Numbered from the stretch's first letter, positions 27,282-41,905 are shown. The stretch: 64,000 nt of DNA from Eledone cirrhosa (GCA_964016885.1 OZ024740.1:218302001-218366000); one strand, 5' to 3'. Translations and numbers: made by a program. The notes: generated by a model from the letters alone, not told the origin.

Positions 27282-27764
27282 GTTTGTGTTTGAATGTGTG
27301 TATGTGTGTGTGTTTGCATGTGTGTGTGTGTATATATAGGTAAGATGATACAAACAGAAGTCTTTATTCATTAATCCTTTAATGTTAGACATCAAATACT
27401 GTTTTATGTTACAGAGTGACACCTGAATATAGCACAGCCTGTCTGAAGTCTACCATTGCCAGTTACTGAGAATTAAATGGATGTCGCTCATCGTATGTAC
27501 TGGTGACCTTAACTGCCAGAAACACCTTGAACTTACAGCATTCTTCAGCATTCCAACGCAAGATACATGCAAGAGAAGAAGTAAGCAGTAAAAAGTAACA
27601 CTAAAGAAGTCAATCTGTAATCAAGTAACATACGTTAAGAGTTTCCCACATGTTTTGGTAAGGTAGGTATAAGGATAACTACAGTTTATTTTTGCTTTGG
27701 CTGTGTAACGAAAGAACTTCGAAGTGTAAGCACTTTCAATTATTCATCTGTACATAGAGAAATG

Positions 27765-28100
27765 GCGGCGAATTGGCAGAGTTGTTAGAACGTCGGATAG
27801 GATGCTTTATGGTATTTGTTCCAGCTCTCTGCTCTCTGAGTTCAAATCCCACCGAGGTCATCTTTGCCTTTTATCCTTTAGAGGTCGATAAAAACAGTAC
27901 CAGTCTAGTACTGGGGTCGATTTTTCCTCTATATCTCTTTCTCATTTCCTCTCTCTCTCTCTCACTTTCTATCTTTCTCTGGAAGAAATCTGCTGTATTC
28001 GGGCCTGGAGTGGGAAGGGATCAGCCAGGATTAAAATGCCCAAGAAACGCTGTATGTCAATACGGCACCCCTACGACTCTATCGATGGTTACAAGACCAT
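27765..28100 (+). mobile_element. tRNA/Meta SINE, CT-rich subfamily
   Basis: See 8210-8532. Confidence 0.75.
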
Positions 28101-28360
28101 ATATATACATACATACATAGAGAAATATAAGAGGTAATTCTTATGTCTGTTTTTCATCGATTCTAGGCGATTCATCAGAGAATAACTATTCATAAGATTT
28201 CGTGTGCGAGAAGAACATAGCTCTAGCAACGATCTCTATGTCATGTGTAATATAGAATATATATACTTAACCTGGTCAGTTTAATTTGCATGTATTTTAG
28301 AATGTAACTAAATAAATAATGAATATGTATGCTAGAAAATGTTTGATAGCAGAGAAGAAA

Positions 28361-28770
28361 TAATAATTGTTTCTAACATAGACACAAGGTCAGTAATTTG
28401 AAGAAAGGGGTGGAAAAAAGTAGATTAAATCGACCCCAGTATAATTGACAGGAAATTTATTTTATCAACCTCGGAAGGATAAAGGGCAAAGTTGACCTCG
28501 GCGGGATTTGAACTCAGAAGGAAGAAAATGGTATCTATGCTACAAAGCTTTTTGCCTGGCACTCTACTGATACCACCAATCGACCGCCTTCAGAAAAGAA
28601 GTAATAATGGTTTTTGATTTAGACACAAAACCAACAATTTTATCGACCCCGTAAGAATGAAAGGCAAAACTTACCTCGGTGGGATTCGAAATTTGAACAT
28701 AAAGAGCCGTAACTATATGTTGCAAAGCATGTTGTACGACGCTCTACCGATTCTGGCAATTCACCGTCCT
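28361..28770 (-). mobile_element. Tandem pair of Meta-type SINEs
   Basis: Family match; flanked by agagaag.a.taataat repeats. Confidence 0.75.
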
Positions 28771-28862
28771 CAGAGAAGCAGTAATAATAAAAAAAGTGTA
28801 TTTCGCCCAGTGACAATTTTACACAGTTATATTAGGTTCACGCTTGGTGTAAGTGGAGGGGG

Positions 28863-28898
28863 TTTCAACGTTTCGGACAGAAGTACTTCATCAGGAAA
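28863..28898 (-). ncRNA. Minimal type I hammerhead
   Basis: tttc-CTGATGA-a-gtac-ttct-gtcc-GAAA-cg-TT-gaaa; AACGTT palindrome, one stem II mismatch. Confidence 0.75.
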
Positions 28899-28996
28899 GT
28901 TCGGAAAGAGGGAGAACAGGAAGTCCGAGGATGAGTAAGCTGGGGTTTAAAGAGGGAAGTTAAAAAGTAAATAATAGAAAATGGAAATAGAATATA

Positions 28997-29049
<53 letters not shown>

Positions 29050-29052
<3 letters not shown>

Positions 29053-29168
29053 AGTCCTGAGTTCAATCGGACGTAACCTCGGTAAGTAAGGTACTCAATA
29101 TATTTCCTAATGATTTCCTTCGAATGAAACAGTTCTAGTCCTGTAGAAGCCATTTCCATATTAAATGT
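29050..29168 (+). mobile_element. Inverted terminal element with mutated hammerhead (29104-29148)
   Basis: ttc-CTAATGA-t-ttc-cttc-gaa-t-GAAA-cag-ttctagtc-ctg-TA-gaa; same family as 13549, 39621 and 62905. Confidence 0.75.
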
Positions 29169-29175
29169 GTTATAT

Positions 29176-29222
<47 letters not shown>

Positions 29223-29689
29223 TATATATATAGTCGCAGATAGAAATGCCATACTGGTTCTACTTCGATTTGATAGTTGTGTTGTTTTGTTGGTTTTCCT
29301 TTAATTTTACTAATATTCATGGGATTCGTCAGTTTTTGTATGTTTGTTCTTTTACGATCATAATATATCAGAGTGTATATCAGACCTGTTAGTGAGATCG
29401 GAATATGCTGGTAATATAAATAACTGACCACTTAAATAGTTACTTAATTCTGAATACTCCCCTTTAATATCCTCTTGGGGAAAATTATCCCTATTCTAGA
29501 GCTTAATACAAAATTAACTGAAGGAACCTTACGTAGACCCTTTACTGTATAATGTAGACCCTCAAAAACTCAAAGAAAAACTCATTTTATTAATTCCTTT
29601 CTCCAATTCAAAACACTACAAAAATATGCATAATGCCTTCAAAACATCTACATACAGTGCCCAACGTCTATAATTATTTGAGCATAACA

Positions 29690-30060
29690 ACATACTAGAA
29701 ATGCAGGTATTCAAATTAAAAGCCAACAACGCGAAACACGTTAACTTAATAAATATATACATGCCCCCACCTTCACATTCCCCATTCGTTCCTCCAAGTT
29801 ACATATCCCAACTATATCATCTTCCCACATACCCAAGCACAGTCGTTGTGAGAAATTTCAATTCACATCCGGGTACAATGATAATAGAAATACGAGATAC
29901 AATAGTATCACAACGGAACTTCATTTACATTCGAAACAACACACACCGAATAGCCACATACCTCATCAAATTAATTATAATAACTCCTCCACAAGACATC
30001 ACATTTTATTCAACACACCATTCGCCAACATCTACAACTATTCGTACTGACAATGCCAAG
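29690..30060 (+). pseudogene. Highly decayed LINE AP-endonuclease fragment
   Basis: LINIYMPP and VVVRNFNSH (GDFNAH-like), DITF. Confidence 0.45.
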
Positions 30061-30203
30061 TTTCTTGAACCTTGAGACTGGGCAAAATGATCGCAATTCT
30101 AGAGCCCAGCAAGGGCCCAAGTGATGTATTATCGTATAGACAAATCAATCTTTTATGCTTGTCATCTATAAACCTTCAAGAAAAACATTCTTGATACCAT
30201 TAA

Positions 30204-30423
30204 CCTTTTAGTGTTCAAACCGGCCAAAACTGGCCGGAATTCTCTACCTCTTTCTGTTGAAACTGGCTGTAACTGGTTGCTCAAACTTATGTTAAGGTAT
30301 TGTTCTCAAAATAAATACTTTCAAAATCTCATAGATTCGATATTATGTGAGATAATTATGTGAGGTAAAGCTTTTACCATGAAAATACAATAGTATATAC
30401 AAAATAATGTGAATGCTAAAGGG
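30204..30423. mobile_element. piggyBac-type MITE
   Basis: TTAA on both sides; imperfect TIRs CCTTTTAGTGTTCA / TGAATGCTAAAGGG. Confidence 0.75.
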
Positions 30424-30570
30424 TTAACAAGCATATTGCCATCGCCAAATCACAAAACGGATTCAGAAATCTAGCCTGAAGTACTACACTACATCCGAAT
30501 TTTTCACAGAGAATACAGGATGGCATCAATAACATCTTTCTTGACTTATGAAACATTGGTAACTTTGAAT

Positions 30571-30633
<63 letters not shown>

Positions 30634-30647
30634 TATTTACTTATACT

Positions 30648-30681
<34 letters not shown>

Positions 30682-30889
30682 CATATATATACACACATAT
30701 ATATGTGTGTGTGTGTGAGTATGTATAACTTAGTAGAGAATAAGCATATTTATCTCAAATAGAAATGAATTCTACAGGATTAAAACTGTTTCATATATAT
30801 ATATACAACAACAACAACGACGAAAACAACATTAGTAACATCAACAACAACAGATGCTATAACTGCAACTAATATATATATATATATAT

Positions 30890-31510
30890 ATAAAGATTTA
30901 CATATACACAAACTAGACAAAGTCACAGATATATATGTTTTGGCAACCATTCACGATGTGACTCAATGATGAATTAATAAATTAAATAATCAGAGCAATA
31001 TACTATAAAGTATGTCCATAGAATCATTTGATAATATATATACACCATTAGCATAATTAACCACACAAAAAATCAATTAGACCAGGCTATAAGATTAAAA
31101 GGCACCTATGAAGAAATAGTAGATAAATAAACGACAGCAATCTATTCACGACCAACCGCTATAGAATATTTACCCAACATTTCAATAGCACGTGGAAATC
31201 GATTAAATATACCGTCAACCATACACAATTAGGTATAAAATTAAAGTTAGAAGAAAAAATGCATCTACACATACCAGGATTACGTTTCTAGCCTTAGGGT
31301 TTCGTTCGTTTGAAATGTTGGGTAAATATTCTATAGCGGTTGGTCGCGAATAGATTGCTGTCGTTTATTTATCTACTATTTCTTCATAGGTGCCTTTTAA
31401 TCTTATAGCCTGGTTTAATTGATTTTTTTGTGTGGTTAATTATGTTCATTGGGAGAGGAAATGGTGTATATATATTATCAAATGATTCTATGGACATACT
31501 TTATAGTATA
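30890..31510 (-). mobile_element. Fold-back PLE-terminal element; long arm breaks in hammerhead stem II
   Basis: Arms ~30998-31185 and 31310-31510; half ribozyme cgaac-GAAA-ccctaaggc-TA-gaaac at ~31283-31309; same family as 42150-42860. Confidence 0.8.
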
Positions 31511-31571
31511 TATATATATACATATCTGGGGCGGGTAAAATTCCCGAGATATATACATTATATTTATATAT

Positions 31572-31608
<37 letters not shown>

Positions 31609-31724
31609 CTTACACTCACACATGAAAAATATATTCCCTTGTCTGTAAATTTGCCGATTTGTTTTTATTGTATAGTTGATTTGAGTATCAAAAACAACAA
31701 AAACATTAAAAGTAAATCTATCAT

Positions 31725-31910
31725 AAATAATTGTTTCTACTTTTGGCACAAGGACAGCAATTATCCAGTACATTACTGGTACTTTATTTTATTGACCCCG
31801 TAAGGATGAAAGGCAAAGTTAACCTCGGCTGGATTTGAACTCATAAGGGCAAGGGCCGTAACTCTATGCGTCAAAGCATGGCGTCGGACCCTCTACCGAT
31901 ACTGCCAATC
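31725..31910 (-). mobile_element. Meta-type SINE (internally deleted subfamily)
   Basis: Family match; atcataaataat duplicated on both sides. Confidence 0.8.
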
Positions 31911-33429
31911 ATCATAAATAATATTCTATTTACAGACAAAGAATGATATACATTTCATAAGTTCTAACTGCAGCACTGAAGATGGCCCAACGCAAAGCCG
32001 AAATTTGTCGTATCTGAACGAAGCAACAGTTGTTCAACTAAGTATGACGTCGTGCTGGTAAGTTTAACGAAACAACCGTATTTGTAAAGTGTGTTTTTGT
32101 GACTGAGTATAAATTGTTATTATATAAACCTTTCATGTATGTATAAAAAAAGAAAAGGGGTATATTCTGACATATTACAACAATTTCAAATGTAATTAGA
32201 AAGTAACTCCAAAGTTTCTTAGTTGTGACATTACTTACAGTTGTACACTGCAAACACTCAATGCACATTCTAAAAATCTGGCAACGTAGGTTCACTAACT
32301 GGAATTTTATATTGTGCTGCTCTGTACGAAAATTACTTTTGGAAATATACTTTTCTAATCAAATCTTAGCAGTTTACGCTATTGACAAGGTCTCCGAAAG
32401 AAATTTTGCAAGACGAAACTGCAACTCTTTCAGGCCTTAGTGTGGTGAACTCTTCGCAAAATTCAAGGAAGCTGAGTGTTTTTGCGGGTTTTTTAAAGGT
32501 GTTGGTTAATATAAGATATTTATATGGCCTTTTTTTTTTTTTGACTCTCAAAGCCCGGACCGACTATCGATTGAGTCCCATTCTTAAATGCCATCATCAA
32601 TGGTTCTTTATTTATCTAATTTTAAATTGTTCAGCAAAAAAACTAAAGAGTGAGCTGGAAAGATGGTCGAGTATGACTTAAACAAACTCATGGTTTCATT
32701 ATTTTTAAGTATACGTTTCAAGAATTCTTTACATATTTGTCTCAAAAGGCTTAGATGTCGTAAGTTAAGAGAACTCGTATTCATAGAAGATACTGTGATT
32801 CATTGTATAAATTCGTTTCTAGAGTCAAATATTAAGGGTGAAACATGTTTATGAGCATAAACATTGTAAAATTGCAAATATTTCATCTAAGATACTGTAG
32901 TTGATCAACCATTTCTTTTTAAAATAACAAATAATTCATTCAACATAAATGGCAAATAAAGTTGATTAGTTACATCTGAGTGGACAGCATGCATTTCCTT
33001 TGCATAATATTTGTTGTAACTAAAAGATACTATTTGGAAACGTAATTTTAATGCATCCCGCTGGCTAAGAATTCTTTTTCACGTAGTAACTTTTCGCTAA
33101 CCATGTTTTGGCTGAAAGGAGAATCAATTGCAATGGTTCCTCACCCCCGTTGATTAAATTATATATTCCTATGTAAGATGCTCTTCGCAGTGATGATCTA
33201 TGAAACCAGATGCAAGTTTCTCTTAACAGACATTCAATGTTAGAAGGTAATTCTTCAGCAGGAATATGAACATGCTAATTAGAGAGAGGGAGAGTGGCAA
33301 ATGGATTTTATGGGAATCAAGTTTGTGTTATCTAATTTGATTAACGTAGAGAAAGAATTATTAACGCCACAAAAGCTCGAAGTCCATGAGTTGCAATAGT
33401 AAAATAGTTTTTAATATTAATTCCCACAC

Positions 33430-33650
33430 GAGGGCGGGGTATTGGCGGAATTCTTAGAATGTCGGAATAAATGTTTTGCGATAATTGTTTCGACCCTATA
33501 CATTCTGAGTTCAAATCTCGCCGAGGTCAACATAACCTTTCCTCATCCCTAGGTCGGTAAAATAAAATGCCAGTCAAGTACTGGTGTTGATATAATCGAC
33601 TTTGCCCTTCGCCTAATTTACTGATCTCCCGCCTAAATTAGGAATTAATA
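33430..33650 (+). mobile_element. Meta-type SINE
   Basis: A/B boxes, Meta domain; taatattaatt.c.cac duplication. Confidence 0.7.
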
Positions 33651-33934
33651 TTAATTCTCACACCACTCAAGAACCTTTTCATCACCTGATGCAACATAAA
33701 AAATGCCACACTGCACAATTCATCTAAGGTACTGTTGTAATTAGTCATTTATTTATGAAAAAGCAAATAATTCACTCATCACAGCTATTGTAAATGGCAA
33801 ATAAAGGTCATTGGTTGCATCTGAGTGTACAGCATGCATGAGTTTTTGTAACAAGATATATCCCTGGAAGTGTGATATAATTTTATTTGTTCATTTATTG
33901 TAATATCTATCACACATACACACACACACACACA

Positions 33935-34018
<84 letters not shown>

Positions 34019-34482
34019 ATTGGAAGTGAGTAAAATTGAAGTTGCGGCGCTCGGCCAGCATCCACGAAAAAAACAATATTCGGAAGCTTTGCACGAAGCA
34101 CTCAATAAGAAGATATCGATAAATCGATAAGTTACATATTAAAGTAATAAACATACCTTAAAAGGTGTGACAACTTGAAAACTGTGGTTAAGGGGACAAA
34201 GCCATATATATATATCAAAAGTAAGTGTACAAACCAATCTAGAAGGAGAGGTAAGAGATTAGTTGTGAGAATTATGAGCCAGTAGTGCTCAATGCGTATA
34301 AAGTACAAGACAAGCGAATAATGAAAGCAATCGAGAGAAATATATGTCATGCAAAAAGAGGATAGGCAGAGCATTAATACAAAAATTATTGTTAGAAAAT
34401 ACAGGACCAAATTCTTGAATATATATATTTATTCAAGAATTTGGTTCTGTATTCTCTAACAATAATTAGTGTGTGTGTATGT

Positions 34483-34569
<87 letters not shown>

Positions 34570-34581
34570 TAACAGATTAAA

Positions 34582-34630
34582 GTTTAAGCAAAGGATCGCT
34601 GCTTTCACCCTTAACGGGATCTTCTGAAAC
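34582..34630 (-). ncRNA. Type I hammerhead (U4 to A variant) in the PLE 3' pLTR
   Basis: gttt-CAGAAGA-t-ccc-gttaa-ggg-t-GAAA-gca-gcgatcctt-tgc-TT-aaac. Confidence 0.7.
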
Positions 34631-35618
34631 TAACAAAGTCAATCTGTAAACGCAGAAGTGGATATTTCAAAAAACGTTGCAACCGAAGGAAGACAGGAAG
34701 ACGATACTTTGGTTCGTGGAAACGTTCCCTGGCAAAGAACGGGAAAAAACGAATATAATACGTCATTGATAGGAGCGGTGAAAAACAATTACGCGCAAAG
34801 ACAGAACCACGTTTATGGTATAAAAGTAGTCGTAGACACATGTACTCTTAGGTGGTTCAGAGAGACGTTCTCTGGCAATGAACGGAAAAAAACGAAGATA
34901 ATACGTCATATGTGGACCGGGGAGAACAATTGCACGCAAAGACAAAACCACGTAAATGGTATAGCTGAAGACGTAGACTAAATTCTAACTAGGAAACCGA
35001 ATGAATCTCCGCTTCAGAGTTAAGAATAAAGTAAATAAATACAATACAGGGGTTATAGAAATTAAATAAATGCATACACACATGCAAATACGTACATACA
35101 CAAGCATACGCAAAACACTTGCCATAAGTATACAAAACCACGCACATATAATGTGTGTGTGTGTGTGTGCGTGTTTACAAATAAATAATTAAATAAACGT
35201 ATATAAATAAATAAATACGTATATAACAAGCGCACACACATACCTACATGTAAATACACAAATGTTCGGAGACGTAAGTCAACCAAAACATGAAGTACAC
35301 ATATTCACACACCCTACATACGTACGAACCTGCATACACACGCAGACACAAAACTCCCGTATACACATAACCAAACCATATGTACCAGAATATGTAAAAA
35401 ATATATACGCCATAACATAATCAATCAAATATACGTATGAGAAAGTATACGTACCTTCACAAAACATACAAGTAATATATACTTACCTATGCAAATAAGT
35501 AATGGTATAAACAAAACATATACTTAGCTACCACATCAAGACGTAAAATATCCACGTATAGATCGTACTGTCCGTTAGGGTATAATGTGGGGCTGTAATA
35601 CAGGAAAGTTTTGTGCAA

Positions 35619-37500
35619 TTAATGTTTACAAGCTGAAATAGCCTCAGATTTTTTGTTTAAGATGTGGTCTGTGGCGTAGAGTATTTCCAGGGTTTCAGCG
35701 GCGCAGAGGTCACATGGTCTTTTATTTCCGTTATACGATCTAGCCCTAGCTAGAATCTCCCAGTGTAACTTAAATTGGGTGTGGTTGTCTTTTAGACTCC
35801 AGATATAAGCTGAAAGTGACGTCATATTCCTTCTAAGAGGGTAACGAAAAGAATGGGTATGCATGTAAAGACGCTGCTTGAATCTATTGCCGATTAACCC
35901 TATGCAGGCCCTACGGGACGTGGGTGTTTCAACCTTACATTTGTAGACAATGTTACTAGAGAGGCATTTCCCGGATAGGGGGCAATCAACCCGATTCCTA
36001 CAATTACAGTTAGTACTAACTACAGGGTTGCACGTGTTCCTACGGTTAGGTAGTTTAGCTAAATTTGAAGCTGTGATGTTATATGCAAGGTTAGGAGTCG
36101 TAGAGTAAGAAATTTTAATAGTATTTCTATTAAAAATGTTACTATATTTATGTGTAGGGGGAAAATGCTTCGTAATAAGGGATAGAAATATCTTAGCTAA
36201 TGGTGTGGCCACCTCCATATTATATGGTGGGTTATACCAACACATTACTTCTAGGTCTATTTTCGTACTCTGTATATGCTACCTTATCGACAAATCCACT
36301 CCGAGCAAGAGCTTCATTGTAATAAGTGGAATGGTCGTTGAAAATATGCTCGTTAGTAGATAGGCGGGAAAGTCTCAACGAAACGTTTCTTACCAGGTTC
36401 TTGGTTATGCTGGCAGGATGGTTGGAATGCTTACTTAGGTAATTAAGCGTATCATTCGGCTTTCTATACGGGTAATACAACCCATTCTATAAATTGAGGG
36501 TAACGTCGAGGTAATTAACGACCGAGAGATTGGCCTCAACCTGTATAGAGAGGTTGAAGCCTTTAAAGAAGGCCGTGAGTTCTTTTCTGAACCTGTCGCA
36601 AGCACGAGGTCCGCACTTAGTCATGGTCAAAAGACCATCATCACGGTACAAACCACCGCCCGCGTTGGGGGAATTCGTCCTTGATAGAGAAAAGAAGGAA
36701 AAGGCCGATAAGATCAGTAACCTCCGCAGAATCGCTGGCGCCCATACTCACGTCGAATGGGGTACTATTGGATTGTTTAATCCAAATAGAGTCGTCGAAA
36801 TTAATCACCGACTTACGGGCATTGAGGATGACATCAACTTCGAAATCCTTAACCACTGTGAGTGTTTTAACGAAATTGATAGCTCTAAGGAGAAGTGGTA
36901 AAGTGATGGAGGAGTAATAATTATTGATGTCGAATTGGATAAAACGGCAATGTTCTTTGTTGCATATGCCGTTGAACCAATCAATCACCACGAAAGAATT
37001 GTTCCACAGTGCAAGAGGGGCCAAACTTCTAATTTCAGGTATAATTCTATCAAGAACCCTTTTACTAAGTCTACCTAAATCGGACTTCGTATGGTTAATA
37101 AGCCGAATAGAGGGGTTGTTCGGAAAATTGGATTTGTGATCCTTCAGGGTAAGGGGGGGAGAAATAGGATCCAGAGGTTCGGTCCGGTCCAGGATGTTGA
37201 GATCAGAGGTGATTTTAAACCCAGCATCGTTGATTTCATTGATGACGCACCGATTAGTTTTACGGTAATCCTTAGTTACAGCATTATGTAGTAGTTGATG
37301 GTAAGTACTGCACTCCACTTGATATAGGTTGCCAGTTTTGTCGGAATGGACGTGCACGGCATTAGAATCCTTAATAGAACGAATTCTATTCTTCAGATCC
37401 TGCTGGAAGGAATTGCTCCTATTCCGAAATTTGATACTCCGTATGAGTTCCAAGACATCATTTTCGAAGGGTAGCAATGCTGGATTACATGGGAGGGGGG
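35619..37500 (-). pseudogene. PLE RT-endonuclease, frameshifted
   Basis: SDKTGNLY, TLKDHK, RLIN, FIQFDINNYYSSI, FDVSMG.SDSAEVTDL, GGLYRDDG, NYLDVTL, SNHP, WYNPP, CNCR..CPL.GKC..NIVYKC, CDLC. Confidence 0.9.
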
Positions 37501-39533
37501 GGGGGGGGGTTATTATAGGTTTTAAACCCAAATTTATCCTGTTTGTTGTCTGCTTTTCGCGGATTATCGAAATAAAAGGCACGCCAACGCAACCTTTTAA
37601 AGCAGCGATTCTTTGCTTAAACTTTAATCTGTTATTTTAATAAATATTTGCTTTACGGTTCTTATATATTTGATATATATTTATCCTTATTGAGCCCTCT
37701 TTGGATTTTAGTCTTCAAATTTATTATTATTACTATATATATATATATATATATTCAACACACACACACAGATGCTTTTCACAGACAATATCATTTGACT
37801 GTCCAAAATGAGGGTGAACTGACCATAACTTCTGTCTTCGATTTATACTTTCAGATATAGATGGAATACTTTTTTTTTTTTTTTAATAAATGGTGTACAT
37901 TTTATTCTGTGCAATGTCAAACAGCTACCAATAATGATGGAGGAATTTCTTCGTTAATGAATTCTCATAAATGATCAACTCTACAATTACTTGCTTGACA
38001 AGCTACAAATGCTACGAACTAGTAGTAATTTTGTTATTTTGCTAACGGGAAAAACTGCATCGGCAGTTTGTTGCGAATTTGTATTTATTACAGTATAATC
38101 TTGTTATGCTTAGCTGAAAAACATGCTTTGTTAATTCAGTTTTGTGAACCCGTATTTCATTCAATGTTACACATTTTACATAAAGCGTTATTGCAATTGT
38201 ATTTTACTTCCCTCTACCATTTAGAAAATTGTGGATCAGTTAGCCAGGATTTTTGAAATTTGTTATTGTACTACATTGTATAAATGGATCTAGTATGGGA
38301 ATGATGAATATTTATATTTGTTCAAACTACCGACTCGTGATTTAGTAACTACAAACAACTAACTAGTTCACTCTATTATACCCAGGACTCTCAAATGATA
38401 GGAAAGGTAGCGAAATATATTTACATCCACATTAAATACAGATGTGTTAAAAAACCTAGAGTACTCCGCTAGCTTTAAGATAGCATGTTGGTACTAGTAT
38501 AAATGTTTGATAAATATGTTACACTACCACTGGCGAAGTTTATCCCTGGAGGCAAACTCCTACCAAATTGTCTTGCCCTCGGTGTTTTAATTTTGAATTC
38601 AATCTTTCTCTAGCTTAGATGAATGCCATTACAATATATATATTTCCATTTAGCAAAATATTTCGAATTTAAAACTAATTTTAAATAACATTGAAATTTC
38701 GCATTGAATTTGTGAAGAAAATATTCATAGATATTAATGGCTATGTGTAATAATTGTTTGAACAATTTGTTTAAGTCACGTAATGCAATTGGTAGCGCTG
38801 TAACATCTATAGTATGATGCAATCAACTACAAATTATCAATAATGTAATAGACTTCAATACGAAACAAGTTCTTGGAATTACATGTTACTGGCCCTTTTC
38901 AGTTTATATATTCTCAACATAAACTGTGTTGGTAAATTACAGTATCAAGTCATTTAATGCCGTCGTAATTCTATTGCCTCCGTGATTTGTTTATCAAGGA
39001 TTGTATATTTATATTAATCCAAATATTTTAAAATATGGCAAAGTAAATTTAATTTAATTTATCTATAAATTTTACTGATTCACCAAAAGTGCCATCAATT
39101 TAGATTTTCAAATAAAATAGAAAAGTAGCGAATTGTAGCCCCTATTTTTAAACAGTAAGACATAAAGGTAGCTCAAATAAAAAAGTAATATAACCCACTA
39201 GCTGTATCCCCATTTGGCAACCCTGTGTGCTTGTAGAGAGCCTTGAGTAGAAAAATGTGAAGATATGTCGCTTAGTGGTTAAAGTGTTCAACTCACAATC
39301 GTATGGCCATGAGTTCAATTCCCGGCGGCACATTGTGTCCTTAAGTAACGTGTCCTTGGTATACGTGTCTGTGGAATGCCCGGACACTTACACGTTGATT
39401 TCACGAGTCGGCTGTTCCTTTTATCGAATCGACTGTAACACACGTCGTCGATACAGCTGGAAATCCAGCATAGAGTTGTGAAAAAAACGAGATAGTTACA
39501 GCTTATACACACACGCGCGCGCGCGCGCGTACT

Positions 39534-39569
<36 letters not shown>

Positions 39570-39620
39570 CATATATATACATATATATATATATATGTGG
39601 GTATATATATATGGGGTGTA

Positions 39621-39730
39621 TGAGTCCCGAGTTCAATCGGGGATAACCACAGTAAGTAAGGTACTCAATACATTAGTAGAGCATATACAAAATTTAAAAT
39701 AGAAATGGCTTCTACAGGGCTACAATTGTA
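39621..39730 (-). mobile_element. Truncated terminal element of the 13549/29050/62905 family
   Basis: gttcaatcgg..taaccacagtaagtaaggtactcaatac...atggcttctacagg; ends in ribozyme stem III. Confidence 0.7.
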
Positions 39731-40448
39731 TATACTATACTGTAGTATATAGCAAATTTATGTTGGGATGGCATCAGAAGTACATTTATTGTTAATGCTT
39801 CGTCGGGAAGGGAAGGGCAGTATCTTTGACTCTTTTCAGATTTCCAGAGATTGAAGAGTAGGAGAAAGGAATACATCCTCGAACCAGATACTTGGTCAGA
39901 ATGATTGCAAACAAGTGGATTCCGTTAAAGACGTCCTACAGCCAACCTCACGACGAATTAAATCTTCCACCAATGACAAAATAATAGAGAAATTTAAGAA
40001 GAAAAATGTTCAATGCTGATTGGTATCATTCAGACAACGATAACAGCCAAGAGAAATACACCAACTAATGGATAAGATAATAAAGAGAATGACTCAGGAA
40101 TTAACTCCCAGAGAACCAACACATTCCGATTTTGAAGGTGTATCATGTGACCCCGACAAGATTTCCAGAGAAATCTATTTCAATAAAGAAACACTCTACA
40201 TACCAACAAAGGGTTATGTAAGTATTGCTATATTTTCATTAAATTTGAGAGTGATGCTAATACTGATAACAAGTGTAGCTTCTTTTGAACTTGTGCCTGT
40301 TACATTAAGTTACATTAAGTTATGCTCTTGCTAACTAAAAGTGAAGATGTTAATGACGATGATGATGATGATGATGATGATGAATGTATGTATGTATGTA
40401 TGTATGTATGTATGTATGTATGTATGTATGTATGTATGTATGTATGTA

Positions 40449-40768
40449 TTTTCACCTGCGAGTGAAAGGCCCCAGTTGTTGCTACAATACCTTTCTAAGA
40501 GAGGGAAACTCTGAAAAAAAAAACCTTCGGCTTCAGAAGCATCCGATGATGTTGACCAGTTCTCCTTTTCGGCTAGTGTTTTCGATACTCAGAGAGTGGG
40601 ATTGGTCGAGTGCAAGGCTTTTCCCCACTTAAAAAACCTTCAAAGCACAGGCATTGCTTATTCAGGGTCTGTTACATGTTCGTGTGGCTGGCCGTAGTCT
40701 AAAAGTGCACCATTTTCTGTAATATGACAAGCGATTGCAATACTCTTCGCAGAGTTAACAGTCAACAT
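40449..40768 (+). mobile_element. Non-autonomous RTE/RTEX-like element between (ATGT)n runs
   Basis: Homologous to 690-975 (-). Confidence 0.7.
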
Positions 40769-41328
40769 GTATGTATGCATGTATGTATGTATGTAATGCA
40801 ACAGACAGAGCAAAGTGGCGAAATCTGATAGCTACCGGTGTTAAGGAATTTGAACAGAAGCGGAGAGGCCTATGCTGGAGTGAAGGGAGCAACTAAGTAC
40901 ATGGGAGATGTTAATCCGCTCACAGATAGGTGGTTGGAAAGAGACACTTGCCTGTGAGAGATATGAACGTGTATGCATATAAAAAGCCGGCTGACATCAC
41001 ACTCATAGCTGACATCACACTCATAGAAATAACACATTTGAGTACCCCGCACACCTTGAGTCTGCATGTGGAATCTGCACCAAAATATTTTACCACAAAT
41101 CATGCCACACCAATCAAACTCAAGCAGACTGGAATCTTACCTACACACTGTTTGGTATGACATGTAAATCACTTCTTCGTTTGATGAGCCATCTCAGGCG
41201 ACAGCAGCTGCAACAACATAAATAACGTGATTTTACCAATGTCGTACTCGAACACGATTTGGTTTCCACTACTATGTAGGTATGTACGTATGTATACATT
41301 GCACGTATGTGTATGTATGTATATATAT

Positions 41329-41392
<64 letters not shown>

Positions 41393-41396
<4 letters not shown>

Positions 41397-41546
41397 AGGT
41401 GAGTTTTATTGTAGTACAATAAAGCAATGCAGATATCGGATAAGAAGCACTCTACAGTTTGTAGGACTGGAGTATACATAATATATAAGAACAAAAGAAA
41501 TGCGCATAATAAAATACATGGAACTCTTTTAACCATCTTTTGTTCT

Positions 41547-41577
<31 letters not shown>

Positions 41578-41669
41578 CAAATAGTGAAAACAATGAAATT
41601 AAACAAAATACGAGTAATTCATAGTAAAACTCATTATTTTACGATCGTTTCTAGAGGGTAGTTCTCCGT
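41393..41669 (-). mobile_element. PLE-terminal element truncated in hammerhead stem II
   Basis: GCACTCTACAG terminal motif; half ribozyme GAAA-cgatcg-TA at ~41633-41650. Confidence 0.5.
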
Positions 41670-41679
41670 ATGTTTATTA

Positions 41680-41856
<177 letters not shown>

Positions 41857-41905
41857 GATAGCGATAAGGAACAAGGATTCAGTGTTGCATCATAACATAT
41901 TCAAT

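Larger units (their letters stand above)
34563..37737 (-). mobile_element. Penelope-like element with Cys-rich GIY-YIG (Hydra-clade-like), inverted terminal copy, in (TA)n
   Basis: 34563-34605 is an inverted copy of 37599-37641; hammerhead at 34582-34630; two ~130-bp direct repeats at 34710-34980. Confidence 0.85.

Noticed and set aside
28262-28280. U1 snRNA-like 5' end (atacttaacctggtcag)
   Set aside because: Only a short imperfect match; the rest of U1 is absent.
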